A stretch of DNA of 64,000 nucleotides from Bigelowiella natans CCMP2755 (GCA_000320545.1 ADNK01001927.1:62001-126000), one strand, 5' to 3'; positions 1 through 11,773 are shown, numbered from the stretch's first letter. Numbers and translations are program-made. Notes: generated from the letters alone by a model not told the origin.

Positions 1-1439
1 CATGTCATTTTTCTCCCGGGAACGCGAAAACCAGCGACAGGAACAACTTCATGTTTTCCACCCATACCTACAATGCGATTAATAATATGACTATAATTGT
101 AAATGGTATGCAATAGTGAAAATTCATAAGCTGTGATAGAAGTAATAGGAGTATCTAGGCAAATATACTGTTGATATTTCTTTGAGTGAATGACCTCCCA
201 TCATCCGCATTGGATCATTATTGAAAGGATATGAGCTCTGCTGCAGGAGCATTTGCTGATTTAGTTGGTGCTGCATCATCTCCTGCTGGCTGCCGTAGAA
301 TTGAAGTTGCTGTTGTTGCTGCTGCTGCTGTTGATGCAGGTTATATAGAGGCGAATTCAGTAGGGAATATCGTGCCTGCATCATGCCTGGACTGCCATTC
401 GAGAGACCAGAAGAATCTCGCAACTGCTGATGCTGCTGCTGTTGCTGTTGCAGAGCTTTCGCAGATTGAGCTTGCAAGGCCTTGTGTGGGTGATGCTGCT
501 GCAGCTGGGAGGTGCCTATATTGCCTGGAGGAACTGGAAGTCCTTGACTCATTGAGAGAAGCAAATTTGTCATATCCCGAGTTTGAGGTGATAAGGCTTC
601 GGTGAGCCCTCTGCCACCAACTCCAAATCCTGATGAGACCTGCTGCTGAAGCTGTTGTTGCTGCTTCATCTTTAGTTCTGTGTGGTATATCCAAAGATTC
701 GTAACGACTCAGAGAAATAGAATCCTAACCACCCTTCCCCGTGCAGTCACTACTTCTATTATACACGTATATTTTAATCCACTTGTAATTTAGTATTAGT
801 ACAGCAGGCCGTATGACACCGTCTGAGAGAAGCGGCTAAAATAAAGTTCTACTTAAATACCGTTTGCAGCGCTATTGAGGTTGGCTGCTGCATCCCCATT
901 GTCAGGTGAGAGAGGCCATGAAAGCGTCCGCGGTACCATCAAATCTAATACATCCCCCAGTCTTTGTTTCTTTTCGGCAGAAAAACCTGATAAAAATGGG
1001 GGGCCGGAAGCAGCACCGGTAGATTTGCCCCAATCTTTCTGCTGCCCTAAACCTGTATATAGCACACAACATATTATTGAGCTCGCAGGGCCAAGGCCAC
1101 TTCCTCGTCCTCCTTGAAAGTGGCTGTTGTCAAGAACCTACCTGGTGCATCTTGAGCTGAGACTCTACCAGGAGGAACTTGAATACCTAGGTTGTACGCC
1201 ATATTCCTTCCAAAGCTGTCTCCCATAACTCCACCTCCTCCTCCTAAGTTCAATGGCATTTGATCGATGCCGCGCTTTCTGGTTAATATAATGGCTGGTT
1301 GGGATTTCATTCCGCCTTGCTGATCAAGTACGATAGCACGCTGATGAGTTCCCTGAGAAGGCGCCTGCATTCCTTGAAAATCTCCCCGCCTCTCCATTTC
1401 TGCAGCAGTATTAGAGGAATGCCACGACACCTTCTTCAT
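1..1439 (-). CDS. Multi-exon glutamine-rich hypothetical protein (3' end at or beyond window edge)
   Basis: ORF pieces 1074-1448, 853-1065 and 124-669 joined by plausible GT-AG introns (donors near 1140, 860, 168); poly-Q tracts; first ATG at 1439. No recognisable domain. Confidence 0.55.
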
Positions 1440-2460
1440 AGGTTCCAATGTACCCCCTGATAGAATATATGTGCGTAAGAGGCAACCCCCCCGTAGACTT
1501 GCTCACTACCTTCGATCAGGTTCGAATGCTGACGCTAGCCCCTTCAGTGTTGAAAAGGGGGCTACAACTTGTCCTTACCCCAACCTTCGGAAATTTTGGC
1601 TGTTCACCTAGCCTACGTCTCGCACTCTGCGTTGAGCGCTACTCGTATCTGCTTCGATTGAGCGGAGGCGTTACGAGTCTGTTTTCGCCTTCCTGTGTCG
1701 CTACTTCATACACGATATTGCGCGGAAACGGATTTTATGGATTTCGTCTTGCAACTCATTTATTTCCTGGAATTGAGTCCTGAGACAGGAAGCCGGTGTT
1801 TATTCAATGGATTTCTAACTACCCTGCCAGACGTTTCAATTTGCCGTTATCTCCGTTCCTGCGGTTCAACCGAATCCAGGATTTGTTTGGTTAAGAGATC
1901 GATTCGTGCTAAAACATGCCAAAATCCCCTGCATTCACATAATTATTATTTTCGTTGTCTCATCAATCATCTGGTACTATCAGCAATCCGATTCGAGATC
2001 ATTTGGAGTTATCTCTCATGATCTCGAGGTTTTGAGACTCACCGAGAGCAGAAAAATGACGCCAGCAAATTGAGTCTGTCCTCCTTTTTTTCCGAAGTGT
2101 GACTCTTTTTTTTTGGTGCCAGTTTTCTCTCAGAACATGCTAGGAATGATAAAATTCCATCAACATCATCTTGCAGGTAGGTCCTCCGATGCCGTTTCAT
2201 TGAGAGTGGCTGGGTTCAGTCTTGTCGTATACGCAGAACCTACTCACGACTCACAACCAAAAATGTTCGTTCAGGTCCAGAAACATGCACACCCTGCTGT
2301 CACATTCGATAAATAGTTGCAAAATGTGATGTCGCACTCCAGAATCTGGCCACAAAGCCCATTGGTTTTGAGCCGTAGGCGAGAACACAAACTTCTGTGA
2401 AAACTCGCAATTACGCATCCGTCACTGCAGTCACTGCTTTGACCGTTTGCTGATAAAATA

Positions 2461-4128
2461 GCACCCCCAGAAAAATGATGGAGATAGATGGTGTTGGCGA
2501 AGTTTCCCATGCTGCATCTGGTCGAACCTATGTAATTGATGGAAGCGAGAGTAATTCTCGGCGTTCATTTCCTCGAAAACTGGTGTGTAGCACACAGCAG
2601 CACACATCCATAAAAAAATCATTACACATTGATCTATGTCATCGATGCAAATAGTGCATAACATTGTTTTTTTTTTTACCTGTCAAAATTAAAATGTAGA
2701 GGGATCGCTCCACCGATTCTCTGCGTTCATGTCCGGAAAATGGTATGGCAACTGAACAAGACCTAAGGAGGAAAGCAATGGCACAAACAACAGGAAGGCG
2801 GAACAGCTGGCCCTCCCCTCCCGAGTTGATGCTGCTTTCTGAAGTTGCAGATAAAGTAACACAATATTGAAACTTTTATAGCATCCTATTCTCCTATTCT
2901 CATAATAAAAAACATTGCTTCAACATTTGAATCAGTACCGAAAGTTAGAAGAAGATACTTTTGCAAATGGAGGTCGCCGTGGAGTGGCAGTAGTAGTTCA
3001 AAATTCTACCTACTACCCCCACAAGAGTCCCCGCGTCCCCTTAAGACGACATTCTTTCAACAGTCCTCAAATTTCGAGTATGGAATTCCGAGAAAGTGCA
3101 CTAATTAGGTTGCATCAGGCAGAGCGCATTAGACAGAAAGCGAAAAGCAATTCCCTTCCTGATAGAAAGCAATTTCAAAGCGCACAAAATAGTCTGACTC
3201 ACTCTGTTCGCGGTGGACGTTTTGATTTACGCAATACAAGTTTCCACAAAATAGATGAATACCCAGATGGACCGCAAGATGACAAAAGACTCTTACGACG
3301 AGCCTCACTTCCTTCGTCACTTCAGCGCAAAACAACAACAATGCGTCAAGCATCTTCGCATTTCCCCCCTCGTGACGGGATTGATGCCATCCAATCCAGT
3401 CGTGAGAGAGAAATATTAATGAAAAAACAAATACTTATGAGGGAAATGAGAAAGGAGCATCTTTGTCAAAAAATTCAACAACTTAAGATCCTTCAGAGAA
3501 GACAAATTTATCATGACAAATTAAGGATGGCTCAAAACGGAAACTTAAAGGGTGCAACTTCTATCAATAATCATGAGAGTATAACCATCAAATACCAATT
3601 GAATCCCAACATCGAGTTTTCAGGAAATGAGGATACAACTCATTGTTTTCAGAGAGCACAAATAGGTTGCGTTTTCTAACAAACACTTCTTCGAAACCTT
3701 TGGGTCTATTGAATCATGTTTGGAAATGATTTTCAGGAGACCGCCTTTGCACAAGAAAGGAGCTTTCTGAGGGAGAGACATCAAAAGAACGGCAGAATCT
3801 AAAACCAGAAAAACAAGATGAGGGTCATTTTGAAAGCCAAAATGTATTGCAACTTTTCTGGAATATGGTTACAAAGTTTAACAAGTTGTACGAGAAGCAA
3901 GCACGTCTTACTGGGATGTCAAAGGTAAAATTGCATCATGGTATGCGTCGGCTGATGGGACTCACGCTTATTCTTTTAATAATCTACTAGGAAAATCAAG
4001 ATGTGAAGACTAAAAAACAAATGAAAGAAATACATGAGGCCTTGAGTGCTGTGCGCCTCTGGGGTGAAGCCCGCAAGGAGATAAACTCGGCAGCAATGCA
4101 CTACTTTGAATCTAGAAACGAACTTTGA
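2461..4128 (+). CDS. Multi-exon hypothetical protein (5' end uncertain, possibly near 2050)
   Basis: Long exon within ORF 2915-3679. Flanking exons at about 2461-2582, 2700-2855, 3738-3924 and 3991-4128 have GT-AG borders; the last reads ENQDVK...FESRNEL-stop at 4128. Confidence 0.55.
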
Positions 4129-4674
4129 TTTCAGTTCATGCTAGCTTAGCATGGCCTTCTAGTGGTGGTGCTAGTGTCATCGTGAAGAAAGCGCAGGCCA
4201 TCTTCTACTTGATGTCACTTCACCAACTGTGCTCCAAGCCTCCACCATTGCTAGATTGACACAACACTCGCATGGCATGCATCATGGTGTGTGGCAGAAT
4301 GAAAGATTACTGGTCTGAAAGCTAATAATTTATAATTTTTTTTTTAGCTTCTGCCACACACACACTAGCACACACTCATGTGTGCACGTTGAGCAGCCAT
4401 GCAAAAATGCAGGCTCAATTTCCATGTCTGGTATACGGGATGTGAGAATGTAACACAAAATGTGTGCACTATAGCACATCTAGACATCAGCAACACAGCT
4501 AGCACAGCTAGACTGTGGAACCACATGCATGACCAATTCCAGAATTGGCTGCCATCATGCATCGCAGTGACGACACCAAACGACTGACAACAGCATCGCG
4601 CAGCATGTGTAGCAGAAAGAGAAACATACAGACCACTGCATGCACTGCTAGGCTGCGCTGCTGCAGTGGGCGAC

Positions 4675-5032
4675 TTTTAGCGGACTAGCGGTAGCTGTTT
4701 GGCTTTTGTGCGCGGGACTGTGCTGTTGATGTTGGAAAGTCAACACGCGGTCTCGTGTGCTTTTGGATTCTGATGATGACTTGTGACTTGCGCTGCACGC
4801 ATGTGCGCATTGGGTTCCGGCGCATTCGCGAAGATTCTCGAATCTTCCAGAATTCTCTCGAATTCTCTCGAGTGTTTCTGGAAGGTTCTCGAAGCTTCCG
4901 GAATGTTCTCGAAGATTCTGGAAGTTCTGAGAACTTCCATGCGCATGTGCGCAGCGCAGCGTGCAGCACGAGTGGACGTGCGCATGCTGCGACAGCTCCT
5001 TGATCGTGGGTGGCGCGGCCAGACCGCTGACA
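4675..5032 (-). repeat. 3' LTR of copia element
   Basis: Direct repeat of 11416-11773; identical by my reading except 3 clustered mismatches at 4681, 4684 and 4687. Confidence 0.95.
4824..4924. promoter_or_regulatory. Heat-shock-element (nGAAn) arrays in the LTR (5' LTR copy at 11565-11665)
   Basis: 6 alternating nTTCn/nGAAn pentamers at 4824-4853 and 10 perfect alternating pentamers at 4875-4924. Confidence 0.7.
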
Positions 5033-5039
5033 CGCCCCC
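5033..5039 (-). other. Polypurine tract
   Basis: Minus strand GGGGGCG immediately precedes the TGTCAG start of the 3' LTR. Confidence 0.7.
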
Positions 5040-6786
5040 ATGGACGTGGTGACCACGATCAGAGTGCTGATGTGCACGTGCCATTTCTGCCATGGTGACA
5101 GAACTTTTGCACGGTGCTGCACATGGACGCCATTCCCAAAGGTTTCGGAGTCCGAATGGTTGGCAATGTTTTGCCGACCAAACATCGCACCACCAGACGC
5201 CCAAAAACTCTGTGCAGAGGCACAAAATTCCCAGGCTTGCAACTGGGCAAGGTGCCATGGGCATGGTGCACTCCGAAATCGGCAGGAAAAATTCTTGCCT
5301 GACTGGGCAAGGTGCCACCATTTCGGTACGAACTGGGACTTGTCCAAAAATTAATTTTTTTTGAACGACACCAGTGTGCTTCCAGAAAAGAATTTTTCTG
5401 CGACACTGGTGCACTTCCAGAAAAAATTCTGGAATCCCCTGGGCACTTCCAGAAAGATTCCAGAAAAATTCCGGAATGCCCTACGTTCGTCACCTGCACC
5501 CACATGCGGTGTTGACCAAGGCTCGGTAGGTAGGTAGACAGGTGGGTAGTGCAAGTAGTCCTTTCCTCCTTCTTCTTCTTCTTCTGTTTTTCGTCATCAG
5601 CAGTACGAGCAGCACGACCCTTCTGGTTTGATCGTTGCTGTTTGATGCCATCTCTGTCACTTACACTGTCACTACTGCTGCTGCTGTTTGCGTTGTGATG
5701 GCTACGGCGGTCTACTTTGAAGGGTTGTTTCTGATGCCCATGAAAGTTCCAGAAAGATTCCAGATTGTTGCTGCGTTTTTGTGAGACTAAGCTAATACTA
5801 GCTGTTTCGTTAGTGATATGACGAGGAAGGGGGGGTGGAGGAGCCCCCTCAAAGCTTTGTTGAGGGACCGCTGCTCTTGCCTGGTCCCGAACGTTCGACC
5901 CCAAGTATGCTTCGCCCTGTAGGCGCGATTTTGTCTCATAAGGTGCGGCCAATTTCGATCTATCGGTGTCCTTGCCATGATAACCTTTTGTGCCAGAACC
6001 CTCATTGTGATAGATTCCCCTTCTGCCTGCTTCCATGAAGGGGGGAGCGAGGATTCTCTTACCGGAAAGCTATAACGACGGTTATTGAATTATTTATATA
6101 ATAATGAGTCATCACTGAGCACCATAAGGGGCGCTAACTTCCTCATAATGAATATTCACCGCTTCGACCGGCCTGGATCTGTGATAGCCATTTCTCTGCG
6201 TAACTATTTGGTTGTCTTTGTGAATAGGCCCTCCTTGGTAGTCATGCTGTGGACGATCCGTTAACCCTGTATGGAGACTCAAGTTCACGTGCCTTAGAAA
6301 TCGCTATATTACCCATGCTGCTTTGTTGCGGTCTCTGCATTTCTTTATTGTGGCCATTGTACATAGGAGCCACAGCAGATGCCTCGCCACTTCCAATATA
6401 ATACCGATAATTGTGTGGATCTCCAGGCGATCGTTTTTCCTTTTGTTAACTTCGTAGGTATCTTGTAGTATACAGCTTTTGCATGTTCTCTCCTTATATT
6501 TGACTTCGTATTTGTTATACACTAGGTATCTCGTCTTCATTATTATATCCGCCCCCATGATTGTGCAGTGTCTGGAAGACACTGTGCAATCATATAGAAA
6601 TCTATAGCGTATTCTACATTCGCCCCCATGATAGCGAGAGTGTCTGGAAGACACTGTGCATATAGTCCATAGCAAGATACGCAAGGAAAGGTACACACAT
6701 ACAAAGATGTGTGCCATTAAAACCTTGCAGCCTATATGTTTATATGTTGTAGGTTTCTAAATGGACGTGGGGCTTTCATAGGGCGA

Positions 6787-9700
6787 CTAAGCGGACGTGG
6801 GGCCGACAAGGCGAGGGAGCTTGTAAGGTAGAGTCTTTGTAGTTATTTTTCTTTTTCTGGTGCCTTGTAGCATGATGGTTAGTTTTTCTCTGTATGATAT
6901 AGGGAACAAGAAATCACAGTGTTTCTTGTTGCTAGGTCCTGGTAGAGCCTTAGTAAGTATATCAGCGGGATTGTCCTCCCCAGGTATTTTGTTTATGCAG
7001 ATCTGCTTAGTTTGATAGTTATCACGAACATTGTGATATTCTATCCTTATGTTCTTGCCTTTTTGTGTGAATCCAGGCTTGGCTGCAATGGAGATAGCTG
7101 CTTGAGAGTCACAATACACAGGTACAGGTTTCGGTATCTTCATCTTTAACTCCTGTAGTAACTGAGTGACATACACTAACTCTCTGCATATATCTGATAG
7201 TGCTATGTACTCAGCCTCGCCACTGGACATAGCAACGACCTTTTGCTTGTTGCTCTTCCAGACAACAGGTGCGTTGCTTAGCGATATGAAATATCCTGAG
7301 TATGATTTACCCGTTTTCTTGCAGGTTTTCCAGGAGGCATCGACGTAAGCTTTAAGCTCAGGTTTGGACGCTGCTTTAAAGGTAATTCTTTTATCCTTTG
7401 TATTGACCAGATACTGCAGTAAGCGTACTGCAGCGATGTAGTGTATAGTTCTAGGATCTTGACTGTAGGAAGCTAGACGAGATAGAGTGTAGCATATGTC
7501 TGGTCTAGTAGCCACAGCTGCATACATTGCAGCTCCTATGATGGATCTGTATGCCTTTTGATCCACCTTATCATGCTCCTCGTATTCGTCTAACTTCGAT
7601 CCTGTTATCATTGGTGTTTTTGCTCTTTTCGTAGGCGTGATATCATACTTCTGGGCGAGTCTGGTGAGGTAGTCTTCCTGCGATATCCAATAGTTTCCCT
7701 CATTGTCGCTACCAACTCTTATGCCCAGTGTTTTCTTTAGCTCGCCTTCATCGCGAAACTCAAACTTGTCGCCTATTCGCTTCATGACAAAGTCCAGGTC
7801 TTTCTTATCTTGATATGCTATGCATATGTCATCCACGAAACATGACAATATGATGATTCTTCCTTGTCTGTGCATTATCATTAGGCAAGGATCGGAGTAA
7901 AGCTGGACGAAGCCAATGGCGTTGAGATGCTCGAGCAAGGTAAGGCTGAATATTGCACTTGCTTGTGTCAGCCCATAAATGCTTTTATTTACCAGTAGGG
8001 CTAGTGGAAGGCCACTGTTGTATAGCCGGATTTCATCAGGTGTCTTCGGCTTCCACCCTTTAGGTATTTCCATGTATACTTTACAGTCCATCTTTCCAGT
8101 TAGGAAAGCTGTAAGTATATCTATCCCGTGTAGTTTTAGCTTGAGGATAGATGCTATGGCTAACATTATCCGAAAACTATTTAGGGACAACGTCGGGGAA
8201 TAAGAGAAGAAGGAGTCTTCTCCCGGGATCTGCGTGAACCCTCGCGCGACCAGCCTTGACTTATACCGAATGGTATAGTCTACATTTATTTTCTTCTTGA
8301 ATACCCATTTAGATGTAACGAAATTTGTATCCTTAGGTCGCACTACCAGCGTAAACGTTCCAAGTTTTCGAAGCTGGTGCAGTTCCTCTTCCGTAGAAGG
8401 TATCCAATGCTTCTTATCATCTCCTGTGATTGCATCGTCATACGTCTTAGGAAGGTCCTCGATCTCATGTACTGATGGAGCTTTTATATTCATCAGGCGG
8501 TCGTAATAGCTACCAAGTATTCCGTAACGAATACCAGGTACTCCCCTATTTTCTCTATTCGACCTTCGAGGCTTACTTTTTGCTTTTGTTTCAGGCCCAC
8601 CATCCTCTGGCAACTCGTCAGTTGCACTGGATGGTTCGGGGGCGTCCGCGTCGGCAGGACCTTCTGGATAAAGGTACGCCAAAGCCGAATCACTAACTTT
8701 GTTTCTCTTCAGCGAAGGAAACTTAAACACTGTGTGGTACCATTTAGTTACACGGACTCTTTTAATTTTCAGCGTCTTCGTGGCGACGAGAAAAGTACCA
8801 AATCTATCGTCATATCCCAACATACGTACGTATTCACCTCTAGCACCCATACCACCTGCAGGTCGGAGTTCCTTGTCGATGTGGTTTACTCCGATGCATC
8901 CCCAGGTAGTTAGATTCTTTAGATTTGGTTGCTCATGGTGCAGTAGTTCTTTAGGCGTTTTTCTACCAGGTGTGCTGCGATGTGAGGTGACGTTGTGGAG
9001 ATATGCTGCAGTCTGAGCTGCGTAGGACCAGTATCCGACCGGTAAGCGTGCATGTTCTAACATAGCTCTTGTTTTCGCCATGATAGTCTGTATGTGACGC
9101 TCGGACATTCCATTTTGCTCAGGTGTTCGGGCGGTGCTAGGAACCCATTTTATTCCTTCGGAGGTGAGCCAGCTATGTAGCTTTGCGCTCATATATTCAC
9201 CTCCACCATCCGATCTGAATTCGTCTATGCTTCCACAACCTGGAAGCTTTCTGATGTGCTTTATGAACTGTATGGTTTTCTGCGTAACTTCGCTTTTCTT
9301 TCTCAAGAGCTCCAAGGTAACCCACCTTGTTCCTTCATGTACGAATATTACGAAATACTTGTAACCATCCATGCTGTTAGGCATGGTCTTTACATCAGAG
9401 TGAATTCTATTCCACATCCGGTTTTTCTTGTGGATATCAGGTACACATTTTTGCTTCTTTTTGACAGCATCGTCCTCAATCTTTGCTTTATTCCGATGCT
9501 GTTTCATCCTTTCTTGGGCGCTTGGATCAAAGATCGGAGATCTTTTTGTTTTGGCTACATCACAGGCCTTGCAAAAGATCTTCTTTGGTATTTTTATCGT
9601 CTTGGAATAAGGTAAACCTTCTGTAACTGCATAGGTGTCTCTTATCTTATCCGCTGCGATGTGCCCTAGGATGTTATGTGCGTGCTTGATTGAAGATGGC

Positions 9701-11229
9701 TGTTTCATTGGGTAGGATTTAAATCTTTGTGTTTTTGTACTTTTGTTTATTTGTTTATATCTCAAATAAAATAGGCCGTCGTCTTGAAAGTCCCCGAACG
9801 CGTATTCCTCTCCGTTGGCGGTAATGCTTATTCCTTGTTTTGTTCCTTTGTACTCGCTGCCACTCTTAACTAGTCTGTTTAGAGAAATCACATTGCCTGC
9901 AGCTTCTTCAGAGTACAAAGCTCCTTGTAGAACAATTTTGTGCATCTTTCCTTGCTTGTTTTTTGTAGTTAGTTTGACGTCGCCTGCATAATTCACAAAG
10001 AATCCTGTCCCATCTTTGCCAACTTCTATGTATCGTGGTTGAATAGGTTTCAACTCGTTGAAGAAGTCGCGGTCGCAGAAGAAGTGGTTGTTGGCTCCGC
10101 TGTCGAGAAGGATCAAAGGCTTATGGTTGTACTTCAGCGTTTGCAGGTAAGAATTGTCGCGTGCCATCTTATTAATGTAAGAGGGTCTTTGGGAAGGGGA
10201 GCCATGATCAATAAAAGAATAGTGTTTTCCTTTGTTCTGCTTGCCTTCATCTCTCATCTTGTTTCTGCATTCCTTTTCCCAATGTCCTTTCTTGCCACAG
10301 TAATGGCATTTTGTTCTTTTCTTTAAGTTCAAGAAATAGTCTTCTCTCTTTTGCTTCTTGGAATTGTCTTGATATGCTTCGCTGTTGTATCTGTTCTTTC
10401 CCTTTTTGAATTTCCTCTTGTAGGTCTTCAGCTGACCTGTAAGTTCGTTTAGCCTTTTCTCCAAGCCATCGTACATCTTCACGTATTTGTGTTCTGCACT
10501 GGTGTGTCCTGCATGTTTCTTTGAAGGTCTCTGCCCGTCATCTAATGATCGGGAGTTTATGTGGGAGCGGATCATGTCCACTGCAGAGTCGAAGGTAACA
10601 TCTTTCTTGTTGTTGATGACTGTAACTATAGTCTCGTATTTTTCGCTAGGTACAAGTCCTCGAAGTAGAGTGGCAAGCGCTTGGTTGTCGGAGTACCCTT
10701 CGTGCTGTGCCCGAAGTCTTCTGATCGTCGAGTCAAGGTCAGAATGATACTTTGTGAAGTCTCCATTGTACTGACCCATGTTTATATCACTTAGTTTCGA
10801 ATAAAGTTTCCTGACGGCTACAGGATTGGTAGGCTCGTACTTCTCCAGCAAGGCTGCTAAGGTAACTGCTACGTCTTTGGGTTTTCCTTCGAGTAGATCG
10901 AAGAATTTATCAGGAAGGGTAGCAGTGAGGAAGAATCTTCCTCTCTTTCTTTTGTTTATCTTTTCTTGTGATCCTCTTCCTTCGGGTTTAGGGTTGAGGA
11001 TGTCGAATTGCTCCTGAGAGAGCTTGAGTACTTCTCGTCGGTGAGCGGGGTCGGTGCGTACATTGACTTCTGTCACCTTTCCTTCTGTTTCTATGTTGAC
11101 ATTGAAGCATGATTCCAAATCCGCTGCTTCAAAGGCGGACATTAGCTTGTACATGTAGGGCTTGTAGTTGCTACCATCGTACTTGAGGGTGAAGTTTTTC
11201 AGCAGGGAGTCTATCTGCTTTTCTGACAT
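6787..11229 (-). CDS. Copia Gag-Pol polyprotein, 1480 aa, uninterrupted
   Basis: Zn knuckle CHYCGKKGHWEKEC; protease LLDSGANNH; integrase HHCC (HAHNILGH...CKAC) and D,D,E region (IHSD, RSDGGGEY, PEQNGMSER); RT KSRLVARGF, SIYGLTQA, FVDD; RNase H YVDASW, EAEY, CDSQAA, ADILTK. Confidence 0.97.
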   Translation of the reverse strand: MSEKQIDSLLKNFTLKYDGSNYKPYMYKLMSAFEAADLESCFNVNIETEGKVTEVNVRTDPAHRREVLKLSQEQFDILNPKPEGRGSQEKINKRKRGRFFLTATLPDKFFDLLEGKPKDVAVTLAALLEKYEPTNPVAVRKLYSKLSDINMGQYNGDFTKYHSDLDSTIRRLRAQHEGYSDNQALATLLRGLVPSEKYETIVTVINNKKDVTFDSAVDMIRSHINSRSLDDGQRPSKKHAGHTSAEHKYVKMYDGLEKRLNELTGQLKTYKRKFKKGKNRYNSEAYQDNSKKQKREDYFLNLKKRTKCHYCGKKGHWEKECRNKMRDEGKQNKGKHYSFIDHGSPSQRPSYINKMARDNSYLQTLKYNHKPLILLDSGANNHFFCDRDFFNELKPIQPRYIEVGKDGTGFFVNYAGDVKLTTKNKQGKMHKIVLQGALYSEEAAGNVISLNRLVKSGSEYKGTKQGISITANGEEYAFGDFQDDGLFYLRYKQINKSTKTQRFKSYPMKQPSSIKHAHNILGHIAADKIRDTYAVTEGLPYSKTIKIPKKIFCKACDVAKTKRSPIFDPSAQERMKQHRNKAKIEDDAVKKKQKCVPDIHKKNRMWNRIHSDVKTMPNSMDGYKYFVIFVHEGTRWVTLELLRKKSEVTQKTIQFIKHIRKLPGCGSIDEFRSDGGGEYMSAKLHSWLTSEGIKWVPSTARTPEQNGMSERHIQTIMAKTRAMLEHARLPVGYWSYAAQTAAYLHNVTSHRSTPGRKTPKELLHHEQPNLKNLTTWGCIGVNHIDKELRPAGGMGARGEYVRMLGYDDRFGTFLVATKTLKIKRVRVTKWYHTVFKFPSLKRNKVSDSALAYLYPEGPADADAPEPSSATDELPEDGGPETKAKSKPRRSNRENRGVPGIRYGILGSYYDRLMNIKAPSVHEIEDLPKTYDDAITGDDKKHWIPSTEEELHQLRKLGTFTLVVRPKDTNFVTSKWVFKKKINVDYTIRYKSRLVARGFTQIPGEDSFFSYSPTLSLNSFRIMLAIASILKLKLHGIDILTAFLTGKMDCKVYMEIPKGWKPKTPDEIRLYNSGLPLALLVNKSIYGLTQASAIFSLTLLEHLNAIGFVQLYSDPCLMIMHRQGRIIILSCFVDDICIAYQDKKDLDFVMKRIGDKFEFRDEGELKKTLGIRVGSDNEGNYWISQEDYLTRLAQKYDITPTKRAKTPMITGSKLDEYEEHDKVDQKAYRSIIGAAMYAAVATRPDICYTLSRLASYSQDPRTIHYIAAVRLLQYLVNTKDKRITFKAASKPELKAYVDASWKTCKKTGKSYSGYFISLSNAPVVWKSNKQKVVAMSSGEAEYIALSDICRELVYVTQLLQELKMKIPKPVPVYCDSQAAISIAAKPGFTQKGKNIRIEYHNVRDNYQTKQICINKIPGEDNPADILTKALPGPSNKKHCDFLFPISYREKLTIMLQGTRKRKITTKTLPYKLPRLVGPTSA

Positions 11230-11404
11230 GTTGTTTCGTTCCTGTTTTCTTTGTTTTCAGTGCTTTGGAGGCTTGACCGAAGATTGGCTGAGGGAATGCT
11301 GTTGTCGCTTTCAGTTCCTTCTTCTGGAAGGATGTAGCTGAAGGGGGGGGGTGGGGGGTTTGCTTGGTTCTTTTCTTTGTTGGTTCTCTAGCAAGTCCTC
11401 TTGA

Positions 11405-11415
11405 GGCTCATAACC
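11405..11415 (-). other. Primer-binding site complementary to the anticodon arm of initiator tRNA-Met
   Basis: Minus strand GGTTATGAGCC directly follows the 5' LTR. This matches the half-tRNAiMet PBS type of yeast Ty5 and Drosophila copia rather than a TGG 3'-CCA-type PBS. Confidence 0.85.
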
Positions 11416-11773
11416 TTTTAGAGGGCTTGCGGTAGCTGTTTGGCTTTTGTGCGCGGGACTGTGCTGTTGATGTTGGAAAGTCAACACGCGGTCTCGTGTG
11501 CTTTTGGATTCTGATGATGACTTGTGACTTGCGCTGCACGCATGTGCGCATTGGGTTCCGGCGCATTCGCGAAGATTCTCGAATCTTCCAGAATTCTCTC
11601 GAATTCTCTCGAGTGTTTCTGGAAGGTTCTCGAAGCTTCCGGAATGTTCTCGAAGATTCTGGAAGTTCTGAGAACTTCCATGCGCATGTGCGCAGCGCAG
11701 CGTGCAGCACGAGTGGACGTGCGCATGCTGCGACAGCTCCTTGATCGTGGGTGGCGCGGCCAGACCGCTGACA
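11416..11773 (-). repeat. 5' LTR of copia element
   Basis: Starts TGTCAGCGG on the minus strand and ends ...CTAAAA immediately before the PBS. Confidence 0.95.

Larger units (their letters stand above)
4675..11773 (-). mobile_element. Full-length, apparently intact Ty1/copia LTR retrotransposon (hemivirus-type priming)
   Basis: Two 358-bp LTRs (4675-5032, 11416-11773); 5-bp TSD GCGAC at 4670-4674 and 11774-11778; PBS; PPT; single gag-pol ORF in PR-IN-RT-RH order. Confidence 0.96.

Noticed and set aside
4685-5414. ORFs overlapping the LTRs (also 11408-11847)
   Set aside because: They translate HSE arrays and TA-free sequence and are duplicated only because the LTR is.
11428-11773. Canonical TG...CA LTR of 346 bp starting at 11428
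   Set aside because: The left copy has AG at that position, and both the TSD and the PBS place the boundary at 4675/11416.
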